Positions 8,962-18,872 are shown, counted from the first letter of the stretch. The stretch is 64,000 nucleotides of DNA from an uncultured Candidatus Saccharibacteria bacterium (GCA_964460855.1 CAYWQH010000002.1:71506-135505), one strand, 5' to 3'. The notes: generated by a model not told the origin, from the letters alone. Translations and numbers: made by a program.

Positions 8962-9956
8962 TGAATGGCCTGCACCTCGCCGACAATATTTATAAAGATG
9001 ATGTCGCCAAAGAGCCCATCCGCAAAGGCTTTGGCCGCGGGCTCAAAAAAGCCGGTGAGCAAAATGACCAGGTGGTGGCATTATGCGCCGACTTAACCGA
9101 ATCAACCCAAATCCATCTGTTCGCCGAAGCTTTTCCCGAGCGTTACATTGAAGTTGGCATTGCCGAACAAAACCTAGCGACGGTCGGCTCCGGCCTGGCC
9201 GCCATGGGCAAAATCCCGTTTATTAGCAGCTATGCCGCCTTTAGCCCGGGCCGTAACTGGGAACAAATTAAAACTACTATCGCCCTCAATAACCAACCGG
9301 TAAAAATCGCCGGCTCGCACGCCGGGCTTTATACCGGGCCGGATGGCGCTACCCACCAGATGCTGGAGGATATCGCTTTAATGCGAGCCATGCCCAATAT
9401 GGTCGTGATAGTTCCGGGTGACAGCGTCGAAGCCGAAAAAGCTACATTGGCTATGGCTGACAACGGCAAGCCCAGCTATATAAGATTGGCCCGCGATAAT
9501 TCGCCGATTTTAACTACAGAGCAATCGCCTTTTGAAATTGGCAAAGCCTACGTTTATGACCAGGGCAAAGACATATCATTTATTAGCACCGGCGTTATGA
9601 CTTACCACGCTATGCTAGCCGCAGAAAAATTATTTACCGACGGTATCGATGCCGAAGTAATCCATGTGCCAACTATTAAACCGTTGGACACCGAAACTAT
9701 CATCGAAAGCGCCGCCAAAACTAGGCATGTTATCACCTTGGAGGAAGCCCAAATAAACGGCGGGTTGGGCGGGGCGGTGGCCGAAACATTAGCCGAGCAC
9801 CAGCCGACGCACATGATTCGGATGGGTATCAAGGACCAATATGGCGAATCCGGCAAGCCCGACGAATTATTGGAGCATTTTGGCCTGACCGCCAAACATA
9901 TCATTATGGCTGCCCACTCCTTGCTGGACTGCGACGGCAAAAAACACAAACACTAA
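8961..9956 (+). CDS. transketolase, C-terminal subunit (split form)
   Basis: 331 aa with the pyrimidine-binding and C-terminal domains (IEVGIAEQN, GPDGATHQMLEDIA). Its GTG start overlaps the preceding stop by 1 nt. Confidence 0.9.
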   Translation: MNGLHLADNIYKDDVAKEPIRKGFGRGLKKAGEQNDQVVALCADLTESTQIHLFAEAFPERYIEVGIAEQNLATVGSGLAAMGKIPFISSYAAFSPGRNWEQIKTTIALNNQPVKIAGSHAGLYTGPDGATHQMLEDIALMRAMPNMVVIVPGDSVEAEKATLAMADNGKPSYIRLARDNSPILTTEQSPFEIGKAYVYDQGKDISFISTGVMTYHAMLAAEKLFTDGIDAEVIHVPTIKPLDTETIIESAAKTRHVITLEEAQINGGLGGAVAETLAEHQPTHMIRMGIKDQYGESGKPDELLEHFGLTAKHIIMAAHSLLDCDGKKHKH

Positions 9957-10369
9957 GTCGGGAAGACTTTATAGCCTAATTGCTGAGATATATTGTCCTG
10001 GGTAAATGCGATTTCAATGTATTCAGGCTCACCGGATTCTAGTTTGCCGTCGTAGCACGACGGCGCGCCGTCGATCGTAATCGAAAATCCATTTGGATAT
10101 TTAAGCTTAACATTTTCAGGAAGATCGAACTTTGGCTTGAAAATAAAACGCAATGAACCGTCGACACATTTAATATCGTGCATTTGCGACCGCACTTGCT
10201 GGGGCGTCTCGTTAGGAATATCGGGGTATTTAGCGGCTGTACCACTAGTGTGAACGGAATTTACTTCGGCGGGCTGGGAATGGCCGCCGCAAGCCGTGGC
10301 TCCGACAGCCAGCAGCAGGGCCAATGCATGGGTTCTTTCTATTAAATATTTGCATTCAAAACTGCCCAT
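9953..10369 (-). CDS. hypothetical secreted/lipoprotein
   Basis: 138 aa with an N-terminal hydrophobic signal and a lipobox-like GATAC-G. Four further Cys follow in the mature part. It has a 4-nt convergent overlap with the transketolase C-subunit gene. Confidence 0.55.
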   Translation of the reverse strand: MGSFECKYLIERTHALALLLAVGATACGGHSQPAEVNSVHTSGTAAKYPDIPNETPQQVRSQMHDIKCVDGSLRFIFKPKFDLPENVKLKYPNGFSITIDGAPSCYDGKLESGEPEYIEIAFTQDNISQQLGYKVFPT

Positions 10370-10460
10370 AATCCGGCTACCTTACCACAATCCTGCCGAC
10401 ATATAAATAATAATTATCCCTTGGTTGTGCTAGCATATGCTTAGCTAACCAAAAACAAAT

Positions 10461-11342
10461 ATGACCTGGCAATTTTTAATTATCCTGCACACGTTTATGG
10501 CTGCCGGTATGACTTTAACGTTGAGAGGCTTGGCCCGCATACCCCAAGCCGCTAAGCTGCCATTTGCGGCTAACGGATTACTCTTCCTGATTTTATATCC
10601 TATCGGTTTGGCATTTATCCCTGTATTGGGTAATTTGCAGCTTGATGCGTGGTCCAATTACTGGCCGTTTTTGGTATTCGGCGGATTGGCTTTCGCCGCT
10701 ACTAACATATGCACTTTTAAATTACTATCATATTTGGATAGCACAGCTGGCTCGATTGTCGGCACGGTTAACGTGCTGTTTACGATTATCCTGGCCGGCG
10801 CGGTTCTTCATGAGAATTTAACGCCGCAACAGATATTAGGCGCGGCTATATTGATTCCTACAATTTGGTACGTATTGTGGCTGTCGCGCAGCGCCAAAAA
10901 AACCGATAACCGCTGGGCAATGGGTTTACTGTTCGCGTTGCTGGCTGGCATGGCATTCGCGGTGTCGATTGTAAATGAAAAGTATTTATTATCTAAAATG
11001 CCGGTCAGCAGTTATTTCTTATTCGGCTGGGGCTGGCAAATGTTTGTAGCAGTCGGACTGGCTTTATGGCTGCAGCCCAAAGGCTTTAAAACGCTATGGC
11101 AGGCCAAGTATCAGAAATGGATAATAGCAGCCGGTATAGCCAGGGCGCTGGGCGGCGTAACGTTCGTTATGGCCCAAGTGCGCAGCGATAATGTGTCGCT
11201 AATGACAGTCATTTCGAATTTCCGTATCGTACTGATTGCGCTATTTGCTTCATGGGTACTGCAGGAACGCCGTTTTTATCTGCAAAAAATCGGCGCCGCG
11301 GCAACCGCTGTGCTGGCTTTAACCATTATCTTTTGGAAATAG
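10461..11342 (+). CDS. EamA/DMT-family transporter
   Basis: 293 aa and uniformly hydrophobic, with about ten TM segments in a two-repeat layout typical of drug/metabolite transporters. Confidence 0.75.
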   Translation: MTWQFLIILHTFMAAGMTLTLRGLARIPQAAKLPFAANGLLFLILYPIGLAFIPVLGNLQLDAWSNYWPFLVFGGLAFAATNICTFKLLSYLDSTAGSIVGTVNVLFTIILAGAVLHENLTPQQILGAAILIPTIWYVLWLSRSAKKTDNRWAMGLLFALLAGMAFAVSIVNEKYLLSKMPVSSYFLFGWGWQMFVAVGLALWLQPKGFKTLWQAKYQKWIIAAGIARALGGVTFVMAQVRSDNVSLMTVISNFRIVLIALFASWVLQERRFYLQKIGAAATAVLALTIIFWK

Positions 11343-11372
11343 TCGGCCTAAACTCTTACAATAATAGTAAAT

Positions 11373-12284
11373 ATGCCGCTTACGCTTAGACAAATCAGGC
11401 AGAACTGCGAAAAAGCCCGCCAAACCATGCAGCGGGCCCGCGACGAACACTTCGCGCTGGGCGCGTTTAATTTGGATAACCAGGAAACACTCATTGCCGT
11501 GGCCCGGGCCGCCCATGCCAAACAAGCGCCGGTTTTAGTTGAGGTCAGCAAAGGCGAAGTCGATGCCCTGGGCCTCGACAACGTCCGCGATATGGTCGAT
11601 AACTACAAACACCAGTACGGAATTGAAATGTATGTAAACCTCGACCACAGCCCCAGCGTCGAAGACGCTATTGCCGGTATCGAAGCCGGTTTTGAATTTA
11701 TCCATATTGATATCAGCCAGGCTAACCACGAAGCAACCGAAGAAGAAATTATCGGCAAAACCAAAGAAGTCGTTGAAGCGGCCAAGCTATCCGGGGCTTT
11801 GGTAGAAAGCGAACCGCATTATTTTGGCGGCAGCAGCAACGTGCACACCGAAAATATAGATTACGAAGAAATTAAGAAAACTTTCACCAAGCCAGACCAG
11901 GCTAAGCATTTCGTGGAAGCTACCGGGGTTGATACGTTCGCCGCGGCCATTGGTAATTTACACGGCAGTTACCCGGTACCTAAAGTACTGGACCTTGATT
12001 TGCTGAAGCAGATCCGGGAAGCCATTAATTGTAACATCAGCCTGCACGGCGGCAGCGGCACGGCCGGCCATTATTTTATCGAAGCCGTCAAAATTGGCGT
12101 TAGTAAGATAAATATCAACAGCGATATGCGGGTGGCTTACCGCAATACATTGGAAAAAGTTTTGGCGGATAATAAAAGTGAATACGCCGTAGTAAAGTTA
12201 ATGGGCACCGTAATAACCGAGGTCCAAAAAGTCGTCGAGTCTAAGATCGATACCTTCAATTCATCCGGGAAAGCCAATCCCTAA
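11373..12284 (+). CDS. fba: class II fructose/ketose-bisphosphate aldolase
   Basis: 303 aa. LGAFNLDNQE, NLDHS and SLHGGSGT are class II aldolase metal-binding and active-site segments. Confidence 0.85.
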   Translation: MPLTLRQIRQNCEKARQTMQRARDEHFALGAFNLDNQETLIAVARAAHAKQAPVLVEVSKGEVDALGLDNVRDMVDNYKHQYGIEMYVNLDHSPSVEDAIAGIEAGFEFIHIDISQANHEATEEEIIGKTKEVVEAAKLSGALVESEPHYFGGSSNVHTENIDYEEIKKTFTKPDQAKHFVEATGVDTFAAAIGNLHGSYPVPKVLDLDLLKQIREAINCNISLHGGSGTAGHYFIEAVKIGVSKININSDMRVAYRNTLEKVLADNKSEYAVVKLMGTVITEVQKVVESKIDTFNSSGKANP

Positions 12285-12360
12285 AGTATTTTATCCTTTG
12301 AAAGCATATGCTTAATTGGTAAAATAAGCGTAATCAATTAAGTGGTGGGCGACTATACTT

Positions 12361-13371
12361 ATGGCAGAAATCCACAAGCAGTTAGATGTTTTGTCGGTCG
12401 GCGATGTCGTTACCGATGCCTTTATAAAATTAATCGATGACCAAGCGCACATCGAAAATCATGACGGCTCCCAAAACATTTGCATGCCTTTTGGCATGAA
12501 AATCCCTTACGACCACGCCGAAGTATTGGAAGGCGTCGGCAACGCTGCTAACGCGGCCGTATCTTTCGCCAGGCTGGGGCTGCGCTCCGGACTGGTAAGC
12601 AACATCGGTGAAGACGACTGGGGCCGCGATATCGTTAAAAGCTTAAGCAAAAACCACGTCGATACCCGTTTTGTCCACGCCAACCCCGGTATGAAAAGCA
12701 ATTACCACTATGTGCTCTGGTACAAAGACGAGCGCACTATATTGATCAAGCACGAAACTTATGACTACCACTGGCCGCGCTTCCGGTCCAATGATATTCC
12801 AAAATGGGTTTACTTCAGTTCCATAAGCAAGAACGCCATGGGATACCACGACCAAATTGCCGACTGGTTAGAAGAACATCCTGACGTAAAACTGGCTTTC
12901 CAGCCCGGTACCTTCCAAATGGAAGCCGGCACCGAGCGTCTCAAACGTTTATACCAGCGGACAGAAGTATTGGCTTTAAACCGCGAAGAAGCGGTAATTG
13001 TCAGCCACGGCGACTATGGCAACTTGCACGACCTGTTCGACCGGCTGCACGCTCTGGGCCCCAAAATCGTGGTAATTAGCGACGGCCCCCACGGCGCTTA
13101 TGCCAGCGACGGCACTAACCGTTATAAAATGCCCAATTACCCGGATCCGGCACCGCCTAAAGAGCGTACCGGCGCTGGCGACGCTTTTACCTCGACTTTT
13201 GTAGCTGCGTTAATTAAAGGCGCTGATCTTCAGGGCGCGTTGCTTTGGGCGCCAATCAACCCGATGAATGTCGTCCAAAAAGTCGGCGCCCAAGCCGGTT
13301 TACTAGACCAAAAAGAAATCGACCATTATTTAAGAACAGCTCCGGAATGGTACCACCCGGAAAAAATATAA
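12361..13371 (+). CDS. PfkB-family carbohydrate kinase
   Basis: 336 aa with an N-terminal VGDVVTD, GNAANAA and the C-terminal GAGDAFTS anion-hole/ATP motif. It is adjacent to fba, so it could act as a phosphofructokinase (inference). Confidence 0.8.
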   Translation: MAEIHKQLDVLSVGDVVTDAFIKLIDDQAHIENHDGSQNICMPFGMKIPYDHAEVLEGVGNAANAAVSFARLGLRSGLVSNIGEDDWGRDIVKSLSKNHVDTRFVHANPGMKSNYHYVLWYKDERTILIKHETYDYHWPRFRSNDIPKWVYFSSISKNAMGYHDQIADWLEEHPDVKLAFQPGTFQMEAGTERLKRLYQRTEVLALNREEAVIVSHGDYGNLHDLFDRLHALGPKIVVISDGPHGAYASDGTNRYKMPNYPDPAPPKERTGAGDAFTSTFVAALIKGADLQGALLWAPINPMNVVQKVGAQAGLLDQKEIDHYLRTAPEWYHPEKI

Positions 13372-13377
13372 AACGCC

Positions 13378-14634
13378 ATGTCTAAATTGCTTGCTGATTT
13401 GCTCGACGCCGAACAGCCCTTATTCGGCCGGGCGTTAAAACAATTGGAACAAGCCAGCGGCAACCCTAGCGCCGATGTCCGTTTAACTGCCGAAATAATT
13501 AGCAAACTGCAGCTAAAAACCCAGGAGCTGGGACTTGACCCGCGCGACACTACCGGCCCGGAGCTGTTTGCGGCGCTACAGCAGCGCATCGCCGAAGATG
13601 ACGCCCGGCTGGCTGGTATCTTAGGTTTGGCTGATCCTACAGATGCGGCCAAAGCTTCGGCTAATATTATCCAACGCCTGCAAACCATAGATATGCCGCG
13701 CAGTTGCTGGGTGCTCAAAAAAAGCGTGGCCAAAGACATGCTCAAAGCCATGCCGCCGCCAACAATTATGAAAACCCTCAAATACAAATCGGTAGCTTCG
13801 ATGCTTAAAAACGAGCCGGTTAACGAACTGTACGGAGCGCTGCGTTTTGCCGAAGGCCCGGACTGGCTGGAAAAATTCTTAAAACAATACAGCAAGCTAA
13901 GCCCTTCAAACTTTGAAAGCCGGCCGATTGAGCTGTGCCAAATGCCGGCTGATAAATGGGGAAATATCGCCGATGAATTCGTTAAAAAGAAACGGCACAA
14001 TGTTACACACTTAAAAGAACTGGGGGTTGTTTTACTGCTGCCGGTGCACCGCCCGCTAAAGGGCGCCAGTATTACGATTCTGCCGCTTGTATTGCATTAC
14101 TTTAACGAAATTCGGCTGTACAGCGCATTCTTCAAACTGCAGCAAGTTAAACCGGATTTTGGCGATATAATAGTTGACACTTTAATTGCCGACCCGCCGC
14201 AAGCCGCCCTGCTGGCCGGCAATAAAATACACTGGCGGGTTATCCAGCGTTATTTCGGTAAGCTTAAAAACGAACGCCACCCGGAAATATTCGAACCTCA
14301 CGTGCAGCCCGAAGATTTGCACTGGCGGCGGGCCGAAAGCTTGCTGGCCCAAATCGACAGCCATTTCGGCTGGTGGCTGGACCTGGACTATGTTGCCGGG
14401 ATCGATAAAGGCCGGCCGGTCAGCCTCAACCTGATGGACGCGGCTATTAGCTTTAGTAATAATACGCCCTATAATGAGCGCGAGGTGTACCACTTCCGCG
14501 AATCACTATGGAACGAGATATTTGCCCGTTATATGGGAGAAAAAACGCTGGAGCAGCAAGTGCTTAGGCAGCTGGACAATAATATGATCGCGCCCGAAGT
14601 AGTGGCCAAACAAATGCGCGGGCGTTTTGCCTGA
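13378..14634 (+). CDS. hypothetical protein (418 aa, no recognised domain)
   Basis: A long ORF with ordinary composition for this window, starting 7 nt after the PfkB stop. I recognise no motif. Confidence 0.6.
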   Translation: MSKLLADLLDAEQPLFGRALKQLEQASGNPSADVRLTAEIISKLQLKTQELGLDPRDTTGPELFAALQQRIAEDDARLAGILGLADPTDAAKASANIIQRLQTIDMPRSCWVLKKSVAKDMLKAMPPPTIMKTLKYKSVASMLKNEPVNELYGALRFAEGPDWLEKFLKQYSKLSPSNFESRPIELCQMPADKWGNIADEFVKKKRHNVTHLKELGVVLLLPVHRPLKGASITILPLVLHYFNEIRLYSAFFKLQQVKPDFGDIIVDTLIADPPQAALLAGNKIHWRVIQRYFGKLKNERHPEIFEPHVQPEDLHWRRAESLLAQIDSHFGWWLDLDYVAGIDKGRPVSLNLMDAAISFSNNTPYNEREVYHFRESLWNEIFARYMGEKTLEQQVLRQLDNNMIAPEVVAKQMRGRFA

Positions 14635-14654
14635 AGCGAAGGACTATAAATAAC

Positions 14655-15221
14655 ATGTATCAAATTTGCGTATCCGGGGCCTCCAAAGGCGAAAGTGTCG
14701 AAGAAGGCCGTAAACTGGCATTGGCTGCAGGGAGGGCAATTGCCGAAGCCGGCCACTCGCTTATGACCGGTGCCACAGTCGGGTTGCCTAATTACGCGGC
14801 AATGGGCTATAAGGCAGCGGGCGGGAAAATGAGCGTTGGTATCAGCCCGGCCGGCAGCAAAGTAGAGCATGTTATGAAGTACCGGCTGCCAACAGCTGAT
14901 TATGACATGATACTTTATACGGGCCTGCACTACATTGGCCGTGATACGCTATTAATTACCAGCGCCGATGCGGTCGTCAGTATTGGCGGACGACTGGGCA
15001 CGCTCCACGAGTTTACTATCGCCATGGAAAGCGATACGCCAATCGGCTTTTTGCAAGGGGCGGGCGGTATCAGTACGCAAATAGTCGATATTTTACATGC
15101 CGCCGGCGAAGAGCGCAGCGAACTGGTATTTTTTGAAGATGAACCAGCTAAGCTGGTAGCAGACCTAACCAAAGCACTGGATAAGCATTATTCGCATTAC
15201 AGGCGGTTATATAAAGACTAG
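14655..15221 (+). CDS. LOG/TIGR00725-like Rossmann-fold protein
   Basis: 188 aa with an N-terminal ICVSGAS glycine-rich strand. IGGRLGTLHEF resembles the LOG-family PGGxGTxxE motif with one extra residue. Confidence 0.6.
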   Translation: MYQICVSGASKGESVEEGRKLALAAGRAIAEAGHSLMTGATVGLPNYAAMGYKAAGGKMSVGISPAGSKVEHVMKYRLPTADYDMILYTGLHYIGRDTLLITSADAVVSIGGRLGTLHEFTIAMESDTPIGFLQGAGGISTQIVDILHAAGEERSELVFFEDEPAKLVADLTKALDKHYSHYRRLYKD

Positions 15222-15271
15222 TTTAGGTATAATAAATCCGATATAGTTTAGCCAACTAAACGGAGTAATAC

Positions 15272-15793
15272 ATGCAGAAACCGTCCGAAACATCACCAAT
15301 GGGCGACCAAAAATTCGCCCTGGTAGTACTATTTATAATGATTGCGCTGGCAGCCACTTCGGTAGTGTTTATATTGATTTTTACCCATAACGCCAATAAA
15401 AGCCTGGATGCCGCCGTGCAGTCCAGCGATAGCGCAGCGGTCACAACCTCTTATAATAAGCAGCTAACTTCTAAATTCCAGGGCTTTGATAGCTTACCGG
15501 CCGACGCCAAGCGGCTAGCCTATGCCGCGGCCATTAAAGACTATAATACTTGCAAAGATACGTATGGCGGGCGGGTAGTAAAAGTTGAATCCGGCAAATA
15601 TATAGAATTAAACAGCGGCTGCCACAACCAGGCCCAGGTTATTCTGGCCAACAATGGTAACAGCTGGGTCCAAGTATCCGGTACCGGCAAACCGCTGACG
15701 TGTGACAACACCGCTAAATATAAAATCCCGGCCAGCGTCGCGCCCACCTGCACCGATAGTACTGGCAACGCCAAACCTAACCCCACCACTTAA
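15272..15793 (+). CDS. hypothetical membrane-anchored extracytoplasmic protein
   Basis: 173 aa. GGAG lies 6 nt upstream. It has one N-terminal TM helix (FALVVLFIMIALAATSVVFILIF) followed by a Cys-containing soluble domain. Confidence 0.55.
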   Translation: MQKPSETSPMGDQKFALVVLFIMIALAATSVVFILIFTHNANKSLDAAVQSSDSAAVTTSYNKQLTSKFQGFDSLPADAKRLAYAAAIKDYNTCKDTYGGRVVKVESGKYIELNSGCHNQAQVILANNGNSWVQVSGTGKPLTCDNTAKYKIPASVAPTCTDSTGNAKPNPTT

Positions 15794-15802
15794 GCCGGTT
15801 CC

Positions 15803-15811
15803 TGATAAAAT
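15803..15811 (+). promoter_or_regulatory. extended -10 element TGaTAAAAT upstream of uvrB
   Basis: It ends 6 nt before the GTG start at 15818. Confidence 0.4.
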
Positions 15812-15817
15812 ACAGGC

Positions 15818-17779
15818 GTGAGCAAATTCAAGCTTAAAAGCGATTACCAGCCGCAGGGCGACCAGCCGGCGGCCATCGCCAAATTAATTAACGGGTTGGA
15901 AAGCGGCCAAAAAGAGCAGGTGCTATTGGGCGTTACCGGCTCCGGCAAAACTTATACTATGGCCAATGTTATAGCCCATCGCCAAAAACCTACCTTAGTG
16001 CTGAGCCACAACAAAACCCTGGCCGCCCAACTGTATAACGAGTTCCGGATGTTCTTTCCGGAAAATGCCGTTCATTATTTTGTCAGCTATTTCGATTATT
16101 ACCAGCCCGAAGCCTACATTCCGCGCAGCGACACTTATATCGAAAAAGACAGCGATATTAACGAAGAAATCGACCGGCTGCGCCATGCCGCCACCAGCGC
16201 TTTACTATCGCGCCGCGACGTTATTATCGTGGCCAGCGTCAGCTGCATCTACGGCATTGGTTCGGTAGAAGATTATGGTAACTTGGCGGTTGAGCTTAAA
16301 ACCGGCGAGCGCCGGCTGCGCGATAAGCTGCTGCGGCATTTAACCGACATCCAGTACGACCGCAACGACATCGATTTTCACCGCAGCACTTTCAGGGTGC
16401 GCGGCGACGTGGTTGATATTTTCCCGGCCGGCGACGAAGTGGCTTACCGGGTAGAATTTTTTGGAGACCAAATTGAGCGCATGACCCAGATAAACCCGCT
16501 GACCGGCGAAATCGAAAAATCTCTCAACAATTTAAAAATCTTCCCGGGCAGCCACTATGTTACCCCCAATGAAAAGTTAGTCCTTGCATTAGGCAAAATC
16601 CGCGACGAGCTGGAAGAGCGGTTGGCTTTTTACAAAATGAACAACCAGCTGCTGGAGGCCCAAAGGTTGGAGCAGCGCACCCGCTACGACCTGGAAATGC
16701 TCGAACAAACCGGTTTTGTTAAAGGCATCGAGAATTATTCGCGTTATTTAACCAACCGCAAGCCCGGCGAACAGCCAGCCACTTTAATGGATTATTTCCC
16801 CGACGATTACATGCTGTTTATAGATGAATCGCATATGACCATACCGCAAGTGCGCGGCATGTATAACGGCGACCGGGCCCGCAAAGAAGTTTTGGTAGAA
16901 CACGGCTTTAGGCTGCCCAGCGCCATGGACAACCGGCCGCTGACTTTCAGCGAGTTCGAGCGCCATGTTAATAACGTAGTGTATGTCAGCGCCACCCCGG
17001 CCGACTACGAACTGCAGCGCGGCGGTGAACCGGTGCAGCAACTCATCCGGCCGACCGGCCTGCTGGATCCGCGCATCGAAATCAGGCCGGTAGACGGCCA
17101 GATTGACGACTTGCTGGGCGAAATCAAAAAAACCGTAGACAAATCTCAACGGGTTTTAGTAACGACATTGACCAAACGGATGGCCGAAGACTTAACAGAG
17201 TATTTGCAGGAGCTCGGCGTTAAAGTGGCCTATATTCACAGCGAGGTAGATACTTTGGACCGGACGGATATTTTGCGTGACTTGCGGCTAGGTGTTTACG
17301 ATGTGTTAGTCGGTATAAATCTTTTACGCGAAGGCTTGGACCTGCCAGAGGTAAGCTTTGTGGCTATTTTAGACGCCGATAAAGAAGGATTTTTGCGAAG
17401 CGAGCAAGCGTTAATCCAAACTGTCGGGCGGAGCGCCCGCCACGAAGATGGCCATGTAATTATGTATGCCAACGTTGTGACCGGCAGCATGAAGCGGGCT
17501 ATGGACGAAACGGCCCGCCGCCGCGACCTGCAGGAGGCTTATAATAAAAAACACGGCATTACGCCCAAAAGCATCAGCCGGGCCGTTACTGACATTCTGC
17601 CCCGTACCGTCGAGCAAGAGGATAAGCCCAAACTCGACCTCAAAAAAATTCCTAAAGACGAGTACAAGAATTTAATTAAAGAGTTTACCAGCCAAATGCA
17701 CCTGGCGGCTGCTAATTTGCAATTCGAAAAAGCCGCGGAACTGCGCGACGTAATAGAAGAGATTAAGGCTAAAAGTTAA
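15818..17779 (+). CDS. uvrB: excinuclease ABC subunit B
   Basis: 653 aa with a GTG start. It has GDQPAAI, Walker A GVTGSGKT, helicase motifs and a C-terminal UVR domain ([16 protein letters not shown]). Confidence 0.95.
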   Translation: MSKFKLKSDYQPQGDQPAAIAKLINGLESGQKEQVLLGVTGSGKTYTMANVIAHRQKPTLVLSHNKTLAAQLYNEFRMFFPENAVHYFVSYFDYYQPEAYIPRSDTYIEKDSDINEEIDRLRHAATSALLSRRDVIIVASVSCIYGIGSVEDYGNLAVELKTGERRLRDKLLRHLTDIQYDRNDIDFHRSTFRVRGDVVDIFPAGDEVAYRVEFFGDQIERMTQINPLTGEIEKSLNNLKIFPGSHYVTPNEKLVLALGKIRDELEERLAFYKMNNQLLEAQRLEQRTRYDLEMLEQTGFVKGIENYSRYLTNRKPGEQPATLMDYFPDDYMLFIDESHMTIPQVRGMYNGDRARKEVLVEHGFRLPSAMDNRPLTFSEFERHVNNVVYVSATPADYELQRGGEPVQQLIRPTGLLDPRIEIRPVDGQIDDLLGEIKKTVDKSQRVLVTTLTKRMAEDLTEYLQELGVKVAYIHSEVDTLDRTDILRDLRLGVYDVLVGINLLREGLDLPEVSFVAILDADKEGFLRSEQALIQTVGRSARHEDGHVIMYANVVTGSMKRAMDETARRRDLQEAYNKKHGITPKSISRAVTDILPRTVEQEDKPKLDLKKIPKDEYKNLIKEFTSQMHLAAANLQFEKAAELRDVIEEIKAKS

Positions 17780-17800
17780 AAGTATAAAGTTAATATTTTT

Positions 17801-17835
17801 CGCCACTGGCGCCAAATAATTTGGCGGCAATGGTG
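17801..17835. terminator. hairpin downstream of uvrB / at the edge of high-GC island 1
   Basis: CGCCACTGGCGCCAAA-taa-TTTGGCGGCAATGGTG forms a 16-position stem with 2 mismatches and one G-T pair. No 3' U-tract is present on either strand, so terminator function is uncertain. Confidence 0.35.
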
Positions 17836-17977
17836 AACGCGGAGTAAAGCGTTCTGGTTAAACCCAACTTACGCGGGCAGGGGGACTGGTGGCTGGGACA
17901 CCACGAGTTTCACGCGCCGGCTTCCTACCGTCGCAACCCCCCGCCTTCCGAGCTTGCGCAGAACAGACGGCTGCCGA

Positions 17978-18343
17978 CTAGCGCCTAAACGCTGACTTGG
18001 CCATGATCTGGCAAAGGAAGGTGTCCTTCGCCTCGGCGTTCCTGCCCAGCATCAGCATGACCTTGCCCGGTACGCCGTACGCCTCGACGAAGTCGTCGAT
18101 GTCCGACGCCAAGTCGCTCAGCAGCTTGTTGAGCTGCCGGCTGCACCAGGGGTTCGTCACCGTCAAGCGTGGCCGGGGCTTGCCCGGCCGGCAGCGAGCG
18201 GTTGGCCGGACAGTCACGCTGTGGCCTTCCGCGACCGTCGGGTAGTACGACGGCAGCACGATTTCGACGATGCGCTTGTCGCGCATCACGTTGACCGTTA
18301 TGTCGTCTGTCTGCACCAAGGTGGCTGGTGGTACCATCACCAC
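17978..18343 (-). CDS. hypothetical protein on a high-GC island (ORFan)
   Basis: 121 aa. GAAAGG precedes GTG-ATG at 18343/18340. By hand count about 105 of 120 codons end in G or C and every Lys codon is AAG, unlike neighbouring genes. I recognise no domain. Confidence 0.6.
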   Translation of the reverse strand: MVMVPPATLVQTDDITVNVMRDKRIVEIVLPSYYPTVAEGHSVTVRPTARCRPGKPRPRLTVTNPWCSRQLNKLLSDLASDIDDFVEAYGVPGKVMLMLGRNAEAKDTFLCQIMAKSAFRR

Positions 18344-18581
18344 ACCTTTCGGTTGCTAACGGTTGGGTTTGTGGGGGCTAGTATTATTAACCATTCCCAA
18401 CCGCGCGGCCAACATTGCTTTTTAGCAGTGCTCGCCGCGCGATTGGGTGTTTACTCCGCAAATAACTTTCGGGAAGCATTAGCCTCAACCGAATCTGTAA
18501 ATGCTAGCAAATAGCAAATACTTAGTCAAGGTATAAGGCGCATTACAACGCCAGTTTATCCTGCTATACTAAAGCCCAGCA

Positions 18582-18872
18582 ATGAGCAAACTTAGTACTG
18601 ATGATGTCTTAAAGTTGGCCCGTTTGAGCCGCTTGCGCTTGAGCCCGGAAGAAGTCGAAAAGTTCCGGACCGAATTGTCCGAAATTCTTAATTATGTAGA
18701 GCAGCTGGATAAAGTCGATGTCGATGGCTTGGAACCGACCTACCAGGTTACCGGGTTAACAAATGTTATCCGCGAAGACAAAGTCCAGCCATACAGTGCT
18801 ACCCCGGCAGAGCTGCTTAAAAACGCTCCGGCTATCGAAAAAAACCAGTTTAAGGTTAAGCGGGTACTTTAA
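18582..18872 (+). CDS. gatC: Asp/Glu-tRNA amidotransferase subunit C
   Basis: 96 aa. The pattern DVLKLARLSRLRLSPEE...L..IL.YV.QL is typical of GatC. Confidence 0.9.
   Translation: MSKLSTDDVLKLARLSRLRLSPEEVEKFRTELSEILNYVEQLDKVDVDGLEPTYQVTGLTNVIREDKVQPYSATPAELLKNAPAIEKNQFKVKRVL

Noticed and set aside
17836-17977. An SRP RNA or tmRNA candidate, based on CGGAAGG and GGGGGTTGCGACGG strings on the minus strand.
   Set aside because: The conserved SRP domain IV context and the tmRNA 5'/3' tRNA-like ends could not be assembled. It is kept only as a generic structured-RNA possibility in the findings.
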